From Octopus bimaculoides (lineage: Eukaryota): 57,608 nt of DNA. Shown piece by piece: positions 1 through 12,811 of the stretch (its first letter is position 1; the number at the start of each line of letters is the position of its first letter). Made by a program: the position numbers and the translations under genes. The notes beneath the pieces are model-generated. The model made no database searches. It was not told the DNA's origin and worked only from the letters and a program-made list of their open reading frames with translations. The stretch spans positions 74,632,339 through 74,689,946 of the forward strand of contig NC_068985.1 in NCBI RefSeq assembly GCF_001194135.2, written 5' to 3'.

Positions 1-570
1 ACTCTTACAACACTATGACAGGGTGCTGAAACAGCTACTTAACCACTCAAATGTGGAAGTGATATATCTCGACTTTGCAAAGGCCTTTGATAAAGTTGAT
101 CATGGAATGATATGTCACAAACTGCGTGATCTCGGCATAGTTGGATAATTGGGAGAATGGCTTCATGAATTTCTGAAGGATAGAAGTCAGGTGGTAGTAG
201 CCAATGGAGCCACCTCCAATGACACACAAATAGTGAGCGGTGTTCCGCAAGGCACTGTTTTAGGACCATTACTGTTCATAATGGCCCTCTCAGACATGCC
301 CTCAGCCACACAGAGAGCCACGGTCACAAGTTATGCAGATGACACAAAAGTTTCACAGGTAATACAGAACCCTGAAGACACTATGCACCTGCAATGTGAG
401 CTGGATGAAATATACAAGTGGGCTGAAAAGAATAACATGCAGTTTAATGCTGAAAAGTTTGAAGCCTTATGCTATCAGCATGCGAGACTAAATGCAGAAC
501 CCATGAAATACACTGGACCAGGAGGGACTGCAATCCCAGAGGCAGAGACAGTGCGAGACCTGGGCATTTA
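1..570 (+). mobile_element. CR1/L2-group LINE, RT core of ORF2 (one premature stop)
   Basis: Frame 2 reads LLQHYD..VIYLDFAKAFDKVDH, TAA at 146-148, then GVPQGTVLGPLLF, YADDTK and VRDLGI, which are non-LTR RT motifs. Confidence 0.95.
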
Positions 571-580
571 NNNNNNNNNN

Positions 581-1176
581 CAAAGAAGCCTGGGCTATAG
601 ACAATATAAAATCTAACCCCAGAGCTTTCTGCAAGTTTGCCAATGAAACAGCTTCAGTGCACTGCAGGATAGGGCCACTCCTTGAAAAAGATGGTGCACT
701 AACAGGAAATCCAAGGAGGATAAGTGAAATACTAAATGATCAATTCAAAAGTGTTTTCACTCCACCCCTAGGGCACTTTCAAGTCAGCAATCCAACTGAC
801 TTTTTTTACCACTGCAGATATAAAAGCAGAGGCAATGATGATTGATTACATCGATATAAAGGAAGACGATGTAATAAGGGCTATAGATGAATTGAACCCA
901 AACTCAGCTACTGGCCCTGATGGATTCCCAGCAATCCTTCTAAAGGTATGCAAACGAGTCCTAGAAAAAAACCACTGCAGTCCCTCTTTCAGAGCTTCCT
1001 TGCATCTGGCAAACTCCCAAGAAAACTGGAGGGGAAAATATGCCCTATTCATAAAGGAGGTAGCAGAGCGGAGGCCAAGAACTACAGACCTATCTCTCTC
1101 ACCTCACACATCAGCAAGGTCATGGAACGAATAGTCAGAAGAAAACTAATCGCCTTCCTTGAAGAAAATGACTTGC
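581..1176 (+). mobile_element. Same LINE family: linker and RT N-terminus (frameshifted)
   Basis: IKSNPRAFCKF..ILNDQFKSVFT, ATGPDGFPAILLK and IHKGGSRAEAKNYRPISLTSHISKVMERIV; these motifs normally lie upstream of the segment at 1-570. Confidence 0.93.
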
Positions 1177-2071
1177 NNNNNNNNNNNNNNNNNNNNNNNN
1201 NNNNNNNNNNNNNNNNNNNNNNNNNNNNNNNNNNNNNNNNNNNNNNNNNNNNNNNNNNNNNNNNNNNNNNNNNNNNNNNNNNNNNNNNNNNNNNNNNNNN
1301 NNNNNNNNNNNNNNNNNNNNNNNNNNNNNNNNNNNNNNNNNNNNNNNNNNNNNNNNNNNNNNNNNNNNNNNNNNNNNNNNNNNNNNNNNNNNNNNNNNNN
1401 NNNNNNNNNNNNNNNNNNNNNNNNNNNNNNNNNNNNNNNNNNNNNNNNNNNNNNNNNNNNNNNNNNNNNNNNNNNNNNNNNNNNNNNNNNNNNNNNNNNN
1501 NNNNNNNNNNNNNNNNNNNNNNNNNNNNNNNNNNNNNNNNNNNNNNNNNNNNNNNNNNNNNNNNNNNNNNNNNNNNNNNNNNNNNNNNNNNNNNNNNNNN
1601 NNNNNNNNNNNNNNNNNNNNNNNNNNNNNNNNNNNNNNNNNNNNNNNNNNNNNNNNNNNNNNNNNNNNNNNNNNNNNNNNNNNNNNNNNNNNNNNNNNNN
1701 NNNNNNNNNNNNNNNNNNNNNNNNNNNNNNNNNNNNNNNNNNNNNNNNNNNNNNNNNNNNNNNNNNNNNNNNNNNNNNNNNNNNNNNNNNNNNNNNNNNN
1801 NNNNNNNNNNNNNNNNNNNNNNNNNNNNNNNNNNNNNNNNNNNNNNNNNNNNNNNNNNNNNNNNNNNNNNNNNNNNNNNNNNNNNNNNNNNNNNNNNNNN
1901 NNNNNNNNNNNNNNNNNNNNNNNNNNNNNNNNNNNNNNNNNNNNNNNNNNNNNNNNNNNNNNNNNNNNNNNNNNNNNNNNNNNNNNNNNNNNNNNNNNNN
2001 NNNNNNNNNNNNNNNNNNNNNNNNNNNNNNNNNNNNNNNNNNNNNNNNNNNNNNNNNNNNNNNNNNNNNNN

Positions 2072-2500
2072 TGGAAGATCCTCGAAAGTATTGTCCCAAA
2101 CTTTGGCATCGAAAGTTACACAAATAAAAGAACTGGACGCCATTGCATAGTGCAAGGACACCAAATTTGCCATCAAGATGTAGGACAAGATACTGCAATA
2201 GCCTGGGATTCAAAGGTCCACAGCTCTTCAATATCCTCCCGAAGGACCTGAGAGACCTGCATGCGGTGGATGTAGGTGTCTTCAAGACAAGGCTGGACCT
2301 TTTCCTGTCAGGTGTCCCAGATGAACCAACTTCACGACAGGAGGCGCAGATGAGAGCAGCTGCATCAAACTCTCTCATGCACCAAATGTCAATTCCTGAA
2401 GTAAAATTCGTGAAGTAAAATTGTGTAGCAACACAAAATGGCGGTGCTCCAGCATGGCCAAAGCTCATGAGCTGAAACTGGATAAAATGAAAATGAAAAA
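2072..2500 (+). mobile_element. LINE ORF2 C-terminus, 3' UTR and (AAAATG)n tail
   Basis: SLGFKGPQLFNILPKDLRD..FKTRLDLFLSGVPDEP is a CR1-like C-terminus; stop at 2416-2418, then tail ggcggtgctccagcatggcc..ctgaaac and taaaatgaaaatgaaaaa. Confidence 0.9.
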
Positions 2501-3332
2501 TATACATACACATATATATATATATAAACTATAGGAGGCGCATTGTTTAGTTTCTGTTTATTTTATCTATTCCATCATCTTTATGGGCATCGTGTATATT
2601 TGTACACTCGACGTATATGTAGTTTTGTACACGGGTATATGTATTTAAAAATCATATTATGCACTTTAAATATACAATTTTCAATATTCCATTTCAAAAT
2701 TTTTATGCGATGCAAACTTTAAGGATAAAACGAAATTTTTGTCCAGGAAATTTTGTCATAAAAGAGTAATTTTATACCTTACGTAGCTAGATTGAGCTTC
2801 TACCTATGTAGATCCCAATATAAGTATACAAAATATAGTCATTATAATTTTATATATTCTATACATACTTAAGGAAAAAACATACAAAAATAAACACGTT
2901 ATTCACAAGTATATGTAGTCCAATATTGAAGTAGCTATAATTATTAATTTGAATACGTTCTTATAGAATATCAACATCTAATGACTAAATTACGAAACCA
3001 AAACAGTAAAACTTAATTCTTAATACGATGTAGCAGGAACAAATCTATGTTCCTCTGATTTAATATTACATGTATGCCAAAATTAGTAACGTATCGTTAG
3101 CCATTAAGTTTGCAGATGATGCACAACTCAATTTTTGATTGCATGTTCATTCTCAATTAATTAAATATTTTAAATAATTTTCGTATGGATAACATATCTA
3201 AATAATGTCAATGTCTGGTTTTCTTTGACATTCTAATTTTTATACCAACTCCTGTAGAATGTTGACCAGCTTGGCACTTCTATCCTCACTAATTCAGCAA
3301 GTGCAGTTAGGAAGTATTATTTACTTCCCGAA

Positions 3333-3548
3333 GACGGGCTAACTGGGAGAAACGTTAGCACGCCGGGTGAAATGCTTAGCGGTATTTCGTCTGTCTTTAT
3401 TTTCTGAGTTCAAATTCCGCCGAGGTCGACTTTGCTCATCCTTTCGGGGTCGATAAATTAAGTACCGGTTGCGTACTGGGGTCAATCTAATCGACTGGCT
3501 CCCTCCACAAAAAGTTCGGACCTTCTGCCTAGAGTAGAAAAGAATATT
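3333..3548 (+). mobile_element. tRNA-derived SINE, family A
   Basis: B-box-like gagttcaaattcc, central ggtcgactttg..catcctttcggggtcgataaattaagtacc and tail ..gcctagagtagaaa; homologous copies at 15.8, 16.2 and 51.8 kb. Confidence 0.85.
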
Positions 3549-4659
3549 CTGTCTTCTCTATTTTAGAATATATATAGCTGAACGAAACCCGTACTTCATC
3601 AGCATAGCCCTACTGCTTTCATTGAACTGACAACCACAGTAAATATCTGGTCATTTGATAAAGAGATCCTTTAAATCCCGTGCAGCATGCAACACTTTCA
3701 TAAGTATTTTGTTGTTGTGAACTCAATTACATAACCGAATGTACCGATGCCACTTACTTGTCATGTAGCGTCTTAATTCGAAGAGTAATATATTTACCAT
3801 CAAATTCTTCACATCAACAAATTGTTGCATTTAAATGCTCTAATTAAATTGAATACCATAGTAAAAAGTATTACATTTTATAGTAATTATGTTTGTTTGT
3901 TGGCATATTGGAACGATTTTAGTTACGAATTAGAAAATTTGACAGAACAATTACTTTAATTTTATTGATAGTTTGTTTCTGTTACATTTGTTTAAACAAT
4001 AAATCAAGAAGATCCTTTTCATGGGCATAACTGTACTCCTTTCATCGAGGTGTTTCGAATGTCTATTTCAAGTTGTGTTTTTCGCTATCTAGTGAATCCG
4101 TGTACAAGCTGCAATAATCGTTCTGCACACAACGTTATTATATACAATACGCATGTATACATACTTGCATGTATATGTGTGTATCTGCGTATGCGTGTTT
4201 GTGTGTGTGTGTGTGTGTGTGTACATGAGTGTGTAGGCCATTTCGGACTCGGTTATCCAGGAAGCGCTCCTAGAGCCACTGCCCGTCTAAAAGGTGTGAA
4301 CGTAAAATATTCCCCCAGGAAACTGCTTTTACTGAATAAACAGAGAGTAAGTAATTTCTTTCCCATCACTGAGTATAAATAATAAATGTTGAAGATTGGA
4401 TTTGTGATATTACATTTATTTCAATGTTATACAATTGTTTCATTAATACGATGATAACTATTATCACAGGATGTTTGTAAACATATCAGTTACGAATGAC
4501 CCAAACTACTTGACGAAACTTTTCGATGGGTGGATATGTAGATACATTATATAGCCAGAACGACTACAACATCACCGACAGAAATTATATAAACGTAAGG
4601 TGACAGTAGTCCACATGGAACTATTGAAACAACTGGAAACTGTGAAATATAATACCACA

Positions 4660-4695
<36 letters not shown>

Positions 4696-5217
4696 NNNNN
4701 NNNNNNNNNNNNNNNNNNNNNNNNNNNNNNNNNNNNNNNNNNNNNNNNNNNNNNNNNNNNNNNNNNNNNNNNNNNNNNNNNNNNNNNNNNNNNNNNNNNN
4801 NNNNNNNNNNNNNNNNNNNNNNNNNNNNNNNNNNNNNNNNNNNNNNNNNNNNNNNNNNNNNNNNNNNNNNNNNNNNNNNNNNNNNNNNNNNNNNNNNNNN
4901 NNNNNNNNNNNNNNNNNNNNNNNNNNNNNNNNNNNNNNNNNNNNNNNNNNNNNNNNNNNNNNNNNNNNNNNNNNNNNNNNNNNNNNNNNNNNNNNNNNNN
5001 NNNNNNNNNNNNNNNNNNNNNNNNNNNNNNNNNNNNNNNNNNNNNNNNNNNNNNNNNNNNNNNNNNNNNNNNNNNNNNNNNNNNNNNNNNNNNNNNNNNN
5101 NNNNNNNNNNNNNNNNNNNNNNNNNNNNNNNNNNNNNNNNNNNNNNNNNNNNNCATATATATCGAATAGATACTCATCAAAGGTGTTGGCGATTAAACCG
5201 GTAAAATTTCGGATATG

Positions 5218-5264
<47 letters not shown>

Positions 5265-5440
5265 CATGTATGTATCCATGTGTATATATATATATATATA
5301 AATTGTAAATGCAAAAATAGAAACAAAAACACAAAGGATTCTGCGGTACACGTGTTTCAAGCTTTATAGTTGTTACATAAGTGTATAATCGACAATATAA
5401 AGCTATCTTCAGCCGCAAATGTATTCTCTCCCAAAAATTA

Positions 5441-5724
5441 TATCACATAGGCGTTAAAGGAGGAAGAAATATGAGATATAAGAGGTGAGGTTCCGTTTGG
5501 TATTTTGCATTATACTATACCTCGTAGAATTCTAAATTTGATATATTTATACATAATTTTCTCGGTACTCCGGAATCCGTCCATACCTTGCCACAATTCA
5601 GTGTGTAGTGTTAAGTTGGTGGTTCAAAACAATATAATAAAATAACATAACAAAAATGAAAATACCAAACGGAACCTCACCTCTTATATCTCATCTTTCT
5701 TCCTCCTTTAACGCCTATGTGATA
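5441..5724. mobile_element. MITE with 66-bp terminal inverted repeats
   Basis: 5441-5506 is the reverse complement of 5659-5724 with one mismatch; ~150-bp non-coding spacer; outermost TA may be a TSD. Confidence 0.85.
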
Positions 5725-7151
5725 AAATTCTTATTTTATTTCTTATTTGTTACATTATTAATGTGGGTGCAATTATTTCCTATCACCATTATACTACATT
5801 ACTACGGTCGAAATGCCCCCAATACTCTGTATTTTGAATTTTAACGTCCAACTCTCCCTCTCCCATATACTTTATTTCCCTTTTCTTGTTGACATGTTTA
5901 ATTATTCATTCTTTAAGGTATTCTATGTTATAATTACCCTTTCCACTTCCGTCACCCTTCTTCATCTAGATAAGTGAATGTAGATAAGTTGTAATTCGCT
6001 TAGGTTGACCACTCACCACAAGAATATCATGTTTCAAGTTTATTCTGGCCTGACACTACTTATTTACGACCCACCACTGATATAGGCATACACAGCTCAT
6101 ATATATCTATCCCTTACGACCTTTAAGGTCTCTGTATCTATATCTATTTATCGCTTTATCTTCTTCTTCTACATTTAGATTTTTCATCACCACCCTTCGC
6201 CAACCCGTCTAAATAGCTTAGATGTATCTTACTTGACTATCCAGATTTTCTCTTATTGTTTCTTAGATTACCCACCCCACCGATTTGACTCCTTTTATGT
6301 TTTACTTTATTTTAGTTTTATTTTTGTATGAATATCTGTATTATTTTTTCTTCTTAGTATTTTATATTCCTATTTTATTTTATATTATTATTTCATTTTT
6401 GTTATGTTATTTTATTATATTGTTTTTAACCACAAACTTAACACTACACACTGNNNNNNNNNNNNNNNNNNNNNNNNNNNNNNNNNNNNNNNNNNNNNNN
6501 NNNNNNNNNNNNNNNNNNNNNNNNNNNNNNNNNNNNNNNNNNNNNNNNNNNNNNNNNNNNNNNNNNNNNNNNNNNNNNNNNNNNNNNNNNNNNNNNNNNN
6601 NNNNNNNNNNNNNNNNNNNNNNNNNNNNNNNNNNNNNNNNNNNNNNNNNNNNNNNNNNNNNNNNNNNNNNNNNNNNNNNNNNNNNNNNNNNNNNNNNNNN
6701 NNNNNNNNNNNNNNNNNNNNNNNNNNNNNNNNNNNNNNNNNNNNNNNNNNNNNNNNNNNNNNNNNNNNNNNNNNNNNNNNNNNNNNNNNNNNNNNNNNNN
6801 NNNNNNNNNNNNNNNNNNNNNNNNNNNNNNNNNNNNNNNNNNNNNNNNNNNNNNNNNNNNNNNNNNNNNNNNNNNNNNNNNNNNNNNNNNNNNNNNNNNN
6901 NNNNNNNNNNNNNNNNNNNNNNNNNNNNNNNNNNNNNNNNNNNNNNNNNNNNNNNNNNNNNNNNNNNNNNNNNNNNNNNNNNNNNNNNNNNNNNNNNNNN
7001 NNNNNNNNNNNNNNNNNNNNNNNNNNNNNNNNNNNNNNNNNNNNNNNNNNNNNNNNNNNNNNNNNNNNNNNNNNNNNNNNNNNNNNNNNNNNNNNNNNNN
7101 NNNNNNNNNNNNNNNNNNNNNNNNNNNNNNNNNNNNNNNNNNNNNNNNNNN

Positions 7152-7529
7152 NGCGTAATAGCCCAGTGGTTAGGGCAGCGGACTCACAGTCGTAGGATCG
7201 TGGTTTCAATTCCCACACCAGGTGTTGTGAGTGTTTATTAAGCGAAAGCACCTGAAACGCCAACGAGGCGCCCGCAGGGGTTGGTGGTGAGACCTGCTGT
7301 ACTCTTTCACCACAATTTTGTCTCACTCTTTCTTCCTATATCTGTTGTACCTGTATTTCAAAGGGCCAGCCTTTTCACACTCTGTGTCACGCTGAATCTC
7401 TTCGAGAACTCCTTTAACAGTACATGTGTCTGTGGAGTGCTCAGCCACTCGCATGTTAGTTTCACGAGCAGGGTGTTCCGTGGATCGGATCAACTTGAAT
7501 CCTCGTCTTCGCAATCGACGGAGTGCAAC
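7152..7529 (+). mobile_element. tRNA-derived SINE, family C (~380 bp)
   Basis: A-box tagcccagtgg, B-box ggtttcaattcc; body aligns along its length with 27698-28066; ends gacggagtgcaac followed by (AT)n. Confidence 0.85.
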
Positions 7530-7587
7530 GTTATATATATATATATATATATATTATATTATATTATATGTGTGTGTCTGTGTATTC

Positions 7588-7850
7588 TGTAAGAAAATTA
7601 GGGAAATATTTATATTTGAGGGGAGGTAATAACTAGGATAAATGGCCTAAATTATAGACTGCTGCTCTAACATCGAGTGCACCTAATCAGTTACCTGATC
7701 AACCATAAGACAGCTAATTTCACAGCTAATTGGATAATTAATCTATAAATCAGTTAGCCTAGTGTTCATTTGAATAAGTAAAAGTAATTATCCCAAATTA
7801 AATTAATGATTACAATTTACAATTAAAAATTAAAAATTTAAATACAAGTT
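7588..7850 (+). repeat. Local dispersed repeat, copy 1
   Basis: 7588-7780 aligns with 9470-9668 (ggggaggtaataactagga..tcgagtgcacct..gacagctaatttcacagc) and 7791-7843 aligns with 10488-10540. Confidence 0.8.
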
Positions 7851-8452
7851 CTTAGAAAAATTTGCTCATGCATTCATACACACAAAAACATTGAATATAC
7901 TTATACCTGCGTATGCGTACACTCATACAAATATATATATGTATATACATATACACATATGTACCCTCACATACACGTATGCACACTCGTACACAATAGC
8001 CATAGACTCAAGTACTCACAAGTCTATATATGAAATCAATTATATTATATATCATATCATTATATTAACCCATACATAAGTACATACATATGCTGGTTTC
8101 AAACACTGCTTCTCCATGCATGTATTAATACACATAATAAAAATATTAATAGCACGTAGATAAGTGTTAACTTAAAAAAAAAAGATCAAGCAAATATATA
8201 ACTAAAAGAGGCTGTAGGGTGTCAAGTTTGTAATAAAGTGTTAAATAATTATTTCGTGTGCGGGGTGGGAGATAGTGAAATGAGCAAATCCAATAAGGTG
8301 TCTCCATGAAATAGAAGTAGATCAATGCTGACTTAAAGGGGTCTGGAATAAACTGAAGTGAAACAAACCAACAATGAGTGTGGAATGTTAAATTACGGTA
8401 CAAAATTAAGACAAATTCATCCATTACTATGGCAGAGGATCAAGATACTGAG

Positions 8453-9118
8453 AGGACACCTAACATGCTATAAGGGCCAGTCAAAATCCATACCACGGTT
8501 AGGAGTAATTTCGAAGGAATGAAAAATAAACATATTTACCATAATTTGTTACCGGACCATGGTTTCGAGCTCTAATTAGCAAATAAAATACTTTGCTAGG
8601 CGAAGTTCTCAACAGCGGGTACGCCAAAGATTAACATATAATTATGAGTCAAAATAGCCCATGTCTCATCCTTAATTAATATAATTTTTCAAATCCACCT
8701 CGCAAGCTAGGACAAATATACAGGATACGAAAATTATAGAAATTTTTCTACCAGTGTCCAAGCATTCAGAAAAAAATATATATTATTCATATAAAATTAG
8801 TGTACATAAGATGTTCCCTAACAGGACACCTAACATGCTAGAAGGAACTGTCAAAATCCAAACCACGGTTATAAAGATGAGACATGGGCTATTTTGCCTC
8901 CTACCCGCTGATGGGAACTTTGCCTAGAAAATTATTTTATTTCCTAATTAAAGTTCGAAACCATGGTCCGGTAACAAAATAGGTTAAATGTTTTTATTTT
9001 TCATTCCCTTGAAAATTACCCCTGCCCGTAGTTTGGATTTTGACTGGATCTTCTAGGATGTCAGGTGTCCTGTAAGGGCACCTCTTATGTGTTTAAATGT
9101 ACACTACTTTTATATGAA
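8453..9118. mobile_element. Foldback structure: two MITE-like copies in inverted orientation
   Basis: 8453-8670 is the reverse complement of about 8876-9071; 8786-8870 is also inverted relative to about 9025-9118. Confidence 0.8.
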
Positions 9119-9469
9119 AAATATATAGTGTATTGACTATTTCCTGTAAATATTGAGATACGCCAAGGTCCAATTTTTGATGTAATCGGTCAGATGCAAC
9201 TTAAAAACAAATGACTAGGTATTGAGACCGTTATATAGGGTAAGATAAATAAAGAAATGAATGGAAAAAACGGTGTTTATTGTAAGGGGCTCTAACACGC
9301 TTAGGACAGTATATGCTAGAATAAAAAATAAATATTATGGAATAAATATTAAGAGAAAAACCTATACTGACATTTAGGAAATAAGACGGTTGAGTGTCAA
9401 AATAGTCCAAAAGTTTTTTTTAAAATTGGAATGTGAAATTAACAAAAACAATGTGAAGAATTTTTTCCT

Positions 9470-9668
9470 TAGGAAAATTACAGAAATATTTATGGTTAAG
9501 GGGAGGTAATAACTAGGAGAAGTGGCCTAAATTAGAGACTTCTGCTGTACTATCGAGTGCACCTTATCAGTGCGCCTTATCAGTGAGCCCATCAGACAGC
9601 TAATTTCACAGCCAATTGGATAATGAATCTATAAATCAGTCAGACTAGTGGTCATTTAAGTAAGTAAT
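9470..9668 (+). repeat. Local dispersed repeat, copy 2
   Basis: Direct similarity to 7588-7780. Confidence 0.8.
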
Positions 9669-10199
9669 CTATTTGCACCTAATGATAAATACTGTTAATT
9701 AGTATTATAAACATAATTATTAAAAATTATTATGAATAATTTAAAACCTTATTGTATCTTTACCCCTTCAGCCACTAAAACATATTCGCGTATCCCACTG
9801 TTATTTTATATTTTCCATTATTTATCCATCCTATCCCCGAGTACAAAGGATTAATCCACCAATGCTATTTTAAGTTTAGTCATTTACTTAACATCCCAAA
9901 GAGATACACAAGCAAAATGATATGATTACAACCACATTCAACTTCTTCTCTAGGCTCTTTTTTATTTATTCTTCACTTTGAAGCTCAATGTTTCAGATAG
10001 GTTTTATTACCAAATATGACAATTATTTGTTTTCATATCAATGGCAATACCATACAACATTAGAAGCAAAAACAGGTGTTAGAGGGGATGTATTGAATAT
10101 TTGTATTGAATGAGTAAGTAATTATTGATACAAGGCAACCGTTGTTCATCAATATATTTCAATTTTCTGTTTTCGTCACACATGTATATATATATATGT

Positions 10200-10292
<93 letters not shown>

Positions 10293-10299
10293 CGTGTGT

Positions 10300-12756
10300 T
10301 AGAGTGGCCCTTAATTAAGTTTTTGAAAGTTACAACTTTGCTGTTTTCACCCCTTAATCTGTTCCAATAAACAAAATAACGGGGTGTGCAAAATTTCAGT
10401 TTAATCAGACAACTTGAATTTGGAATATAGTATACGCAAAGCTTAATTCTTTTTAAAAGCGGTATATTGTTTTCTTTCAGCAGCATGTCCCTAATTAAAT
10501 TAATGATTGCGCTTTAAAATTAAAAATTAAAAATTTAAATGCTTGCAAATAACTTTTACCGATTATCTTTATGTTGATAGTTTATTTTTTTACAGATTAT
10601 TTTTATGTCGACTCATCCAGGCAACGCCAACAGATGTTTAAAAACGTTCTGAATAAAATTTACCAATACCTGATTTGAAAAATTCCTGAAAGAAAATGAA
10701 AACTTAAGAAATATTAAGTTTCCTTAATAAAGAACAAAACTCCTATAAGAGAAACGCATTTCTTTTTACAACAATATTTTCTATAGAACCAAAAACACAA
10801 TTTCAACGCTGAACACCGAATATTGAAAATTATTTTTGCATAATAGAGTATTTAGTGGCAGTCGGGCACATTTTACAATTTTCGATAACGATCTGTAAAA
10901 CAAATTGTTTCTAAATTTCATCTTTTATGAGAATGTTATTGTAATCTTGAATGAGTTTGACACCTCCTTCTGCAACATCATTCACAACATCTGTCTTCTT
11001 AAGTTTTTCAAGTCTACTTTTGTGACTAGGATTAACCTTCCATGTTGAAGTGTCTTTGTCGACGAAATCTCCCATTGTAACTTGAGCAATATTTGCCTTC
11101 ACCTCTCTTGGAACATTGTCATCAAATATGGATAGAGGCACAGTTTCGGAAGCTAAGTACGAAAGATGAATGGACATTTTTTTCGCAGCAGCCTGACTTA
11201 TTTCTGCATCAATATTCTGATAATTTATCAGTTGACACATGAATTGGGAATCATGGAAAGGCGCTTTAATTACAGCTGATGACAGAAACCAGGCTCGAAC
11301 ATACACTTGAGCAAGAAAAATACGTATTTTTCTTAAGAAGTTCTTCTCCCTGAAGATAACTGAAATTGATCTTGAAACAGCTGTATCTTGAAAGCGTACG
11401 TTGCTTTTGACATCCACCTAGCATGACTTACACCTCCTGCTGTACGAAACAATATCCCGTTCTTCGGAATGCAGCCAAGAAAGATGATCGTTAATTCTAA
11501 CAATTCCCGATAATCATTTCGCTGTTGTTTCTGCATAGAAAGGTGGTATTCAAAAAATCGAAGAATGGTTGATCGGACATCACCAGGCACTTCACTGCTA
11601 ATAGTTATGTAAACAGTCTTGTTGAGTTTTGTCCAAGATTCTCTAAATCTTTTGGAAAACGCCACGTCTGGACCAGAAGTTGCATCCATCACTGAGTCAG
11701 CTCCTAAAAGACTAACAAAAAATGTGATGACAGCAAGGGAAGTAAAGCAGGTTGCGATCGAACAAGATTTGAAGATTTGTACTGGCACCATTCACTCGAC
11801 GTGTGATACTTGCTGTTGTATCCCAACAAAGTGCCTGAATTTTGTCGGTTATACCCCATTTTTCTACTGCTTGGTAAACAGCCATGGCTTGCTGTTCTCC
11901 TGAAGACGCTGGAATTTCAGGGAATCCCAACAATTGCTCCTTGCCTTGAAAAGTTACTATTATTCCCAATCTATCAACATTTTTAACGCTTGTGAGTGCT
12001 GGGAGCAGCTTTCTATCCAATTCTTGACAATCGTTTAAGCTAAATTGGTGCTGTATTTCTGTGTATCTCGCTTTTCTAAATTTTATTCTAAGGCATTAAT
12101 AATAAGTATACAAAGCACATAACATTATTAAAACGGAGAGTTTACAAACATGGTATTAAAACATTGTCAGTGCTACCAACACAACAGAAGATCTATATCA
12201 TAATGCGCCACAAAAATATTAATGAGTGCTTAAATGTTATTAGAAACAAATTAACTTATCTTTACAAACGCGGACAAGTCATAGCAGTTCACTGTTTATC
12301 ACTAACGCATGTTTCTTAATATTTTATTTCTCAACTCTGCAATTAAGTGCAGTACGATTCTTTCAATAATCAAACGCAACTCACAACCTCACCCGCTTAC
12401 GGCTGGCCGCCGACTGGATGACGGTGAGAAATAGGTGTTTGCCCTATACCTGCACTCTCTCCCCAGCTTTGCAAGTTGCTTTCCTCATTATATTTATTAT
12501 CACTTATTCTTCTATTATCAGGAATAAGTCTGAACAAGTTTGTGATTTAAGAGAAATTATATAACATATAAAAGATTTTTATTTGAACAAATGTTTTTCC
12601 GGGCTAGCGAAAACTTCAAAATTTTATGGTCGATGAGAGTTGCCTTGCAGTTATTCGACTGAGCTAATCTTTTGCATAGATTTTGTTTTGTTAAATGGAA
12701 CAAGATAGTGGGGTGGAAGCTAAATTTATAGTAAGTCGAAAAATAAGGGCCACTTC

Positions 12757-12758
<2 letters not shown>
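10300..12758 (-). mobile_element. Decayed hAT-superfamily DNA transposon (hATm-like), ~2.46 kb
   Basis: Frameshifted transposase 12030-10911 with (W)DRKLLP, CWDTTAS, PCCHH (CxxH), NDYRELLEL, HARWMSK and NDVAEGGVKL. Candidate TIRs tagagtggccctta (10300) and taagggccacttcta (12744-12758). Subfamily assigned from memory. Confidence 0.75.

Positions 12759-12811
<53 letters not shown>

Noticed and set aside
7152-7215. tRNA gene calls at SINE heads (also 27.7, 34.2 and 50.7 kb)
   Set aside because: No acceptor-stem pairing, and they run directly into repeated SINE or PLE bodies.
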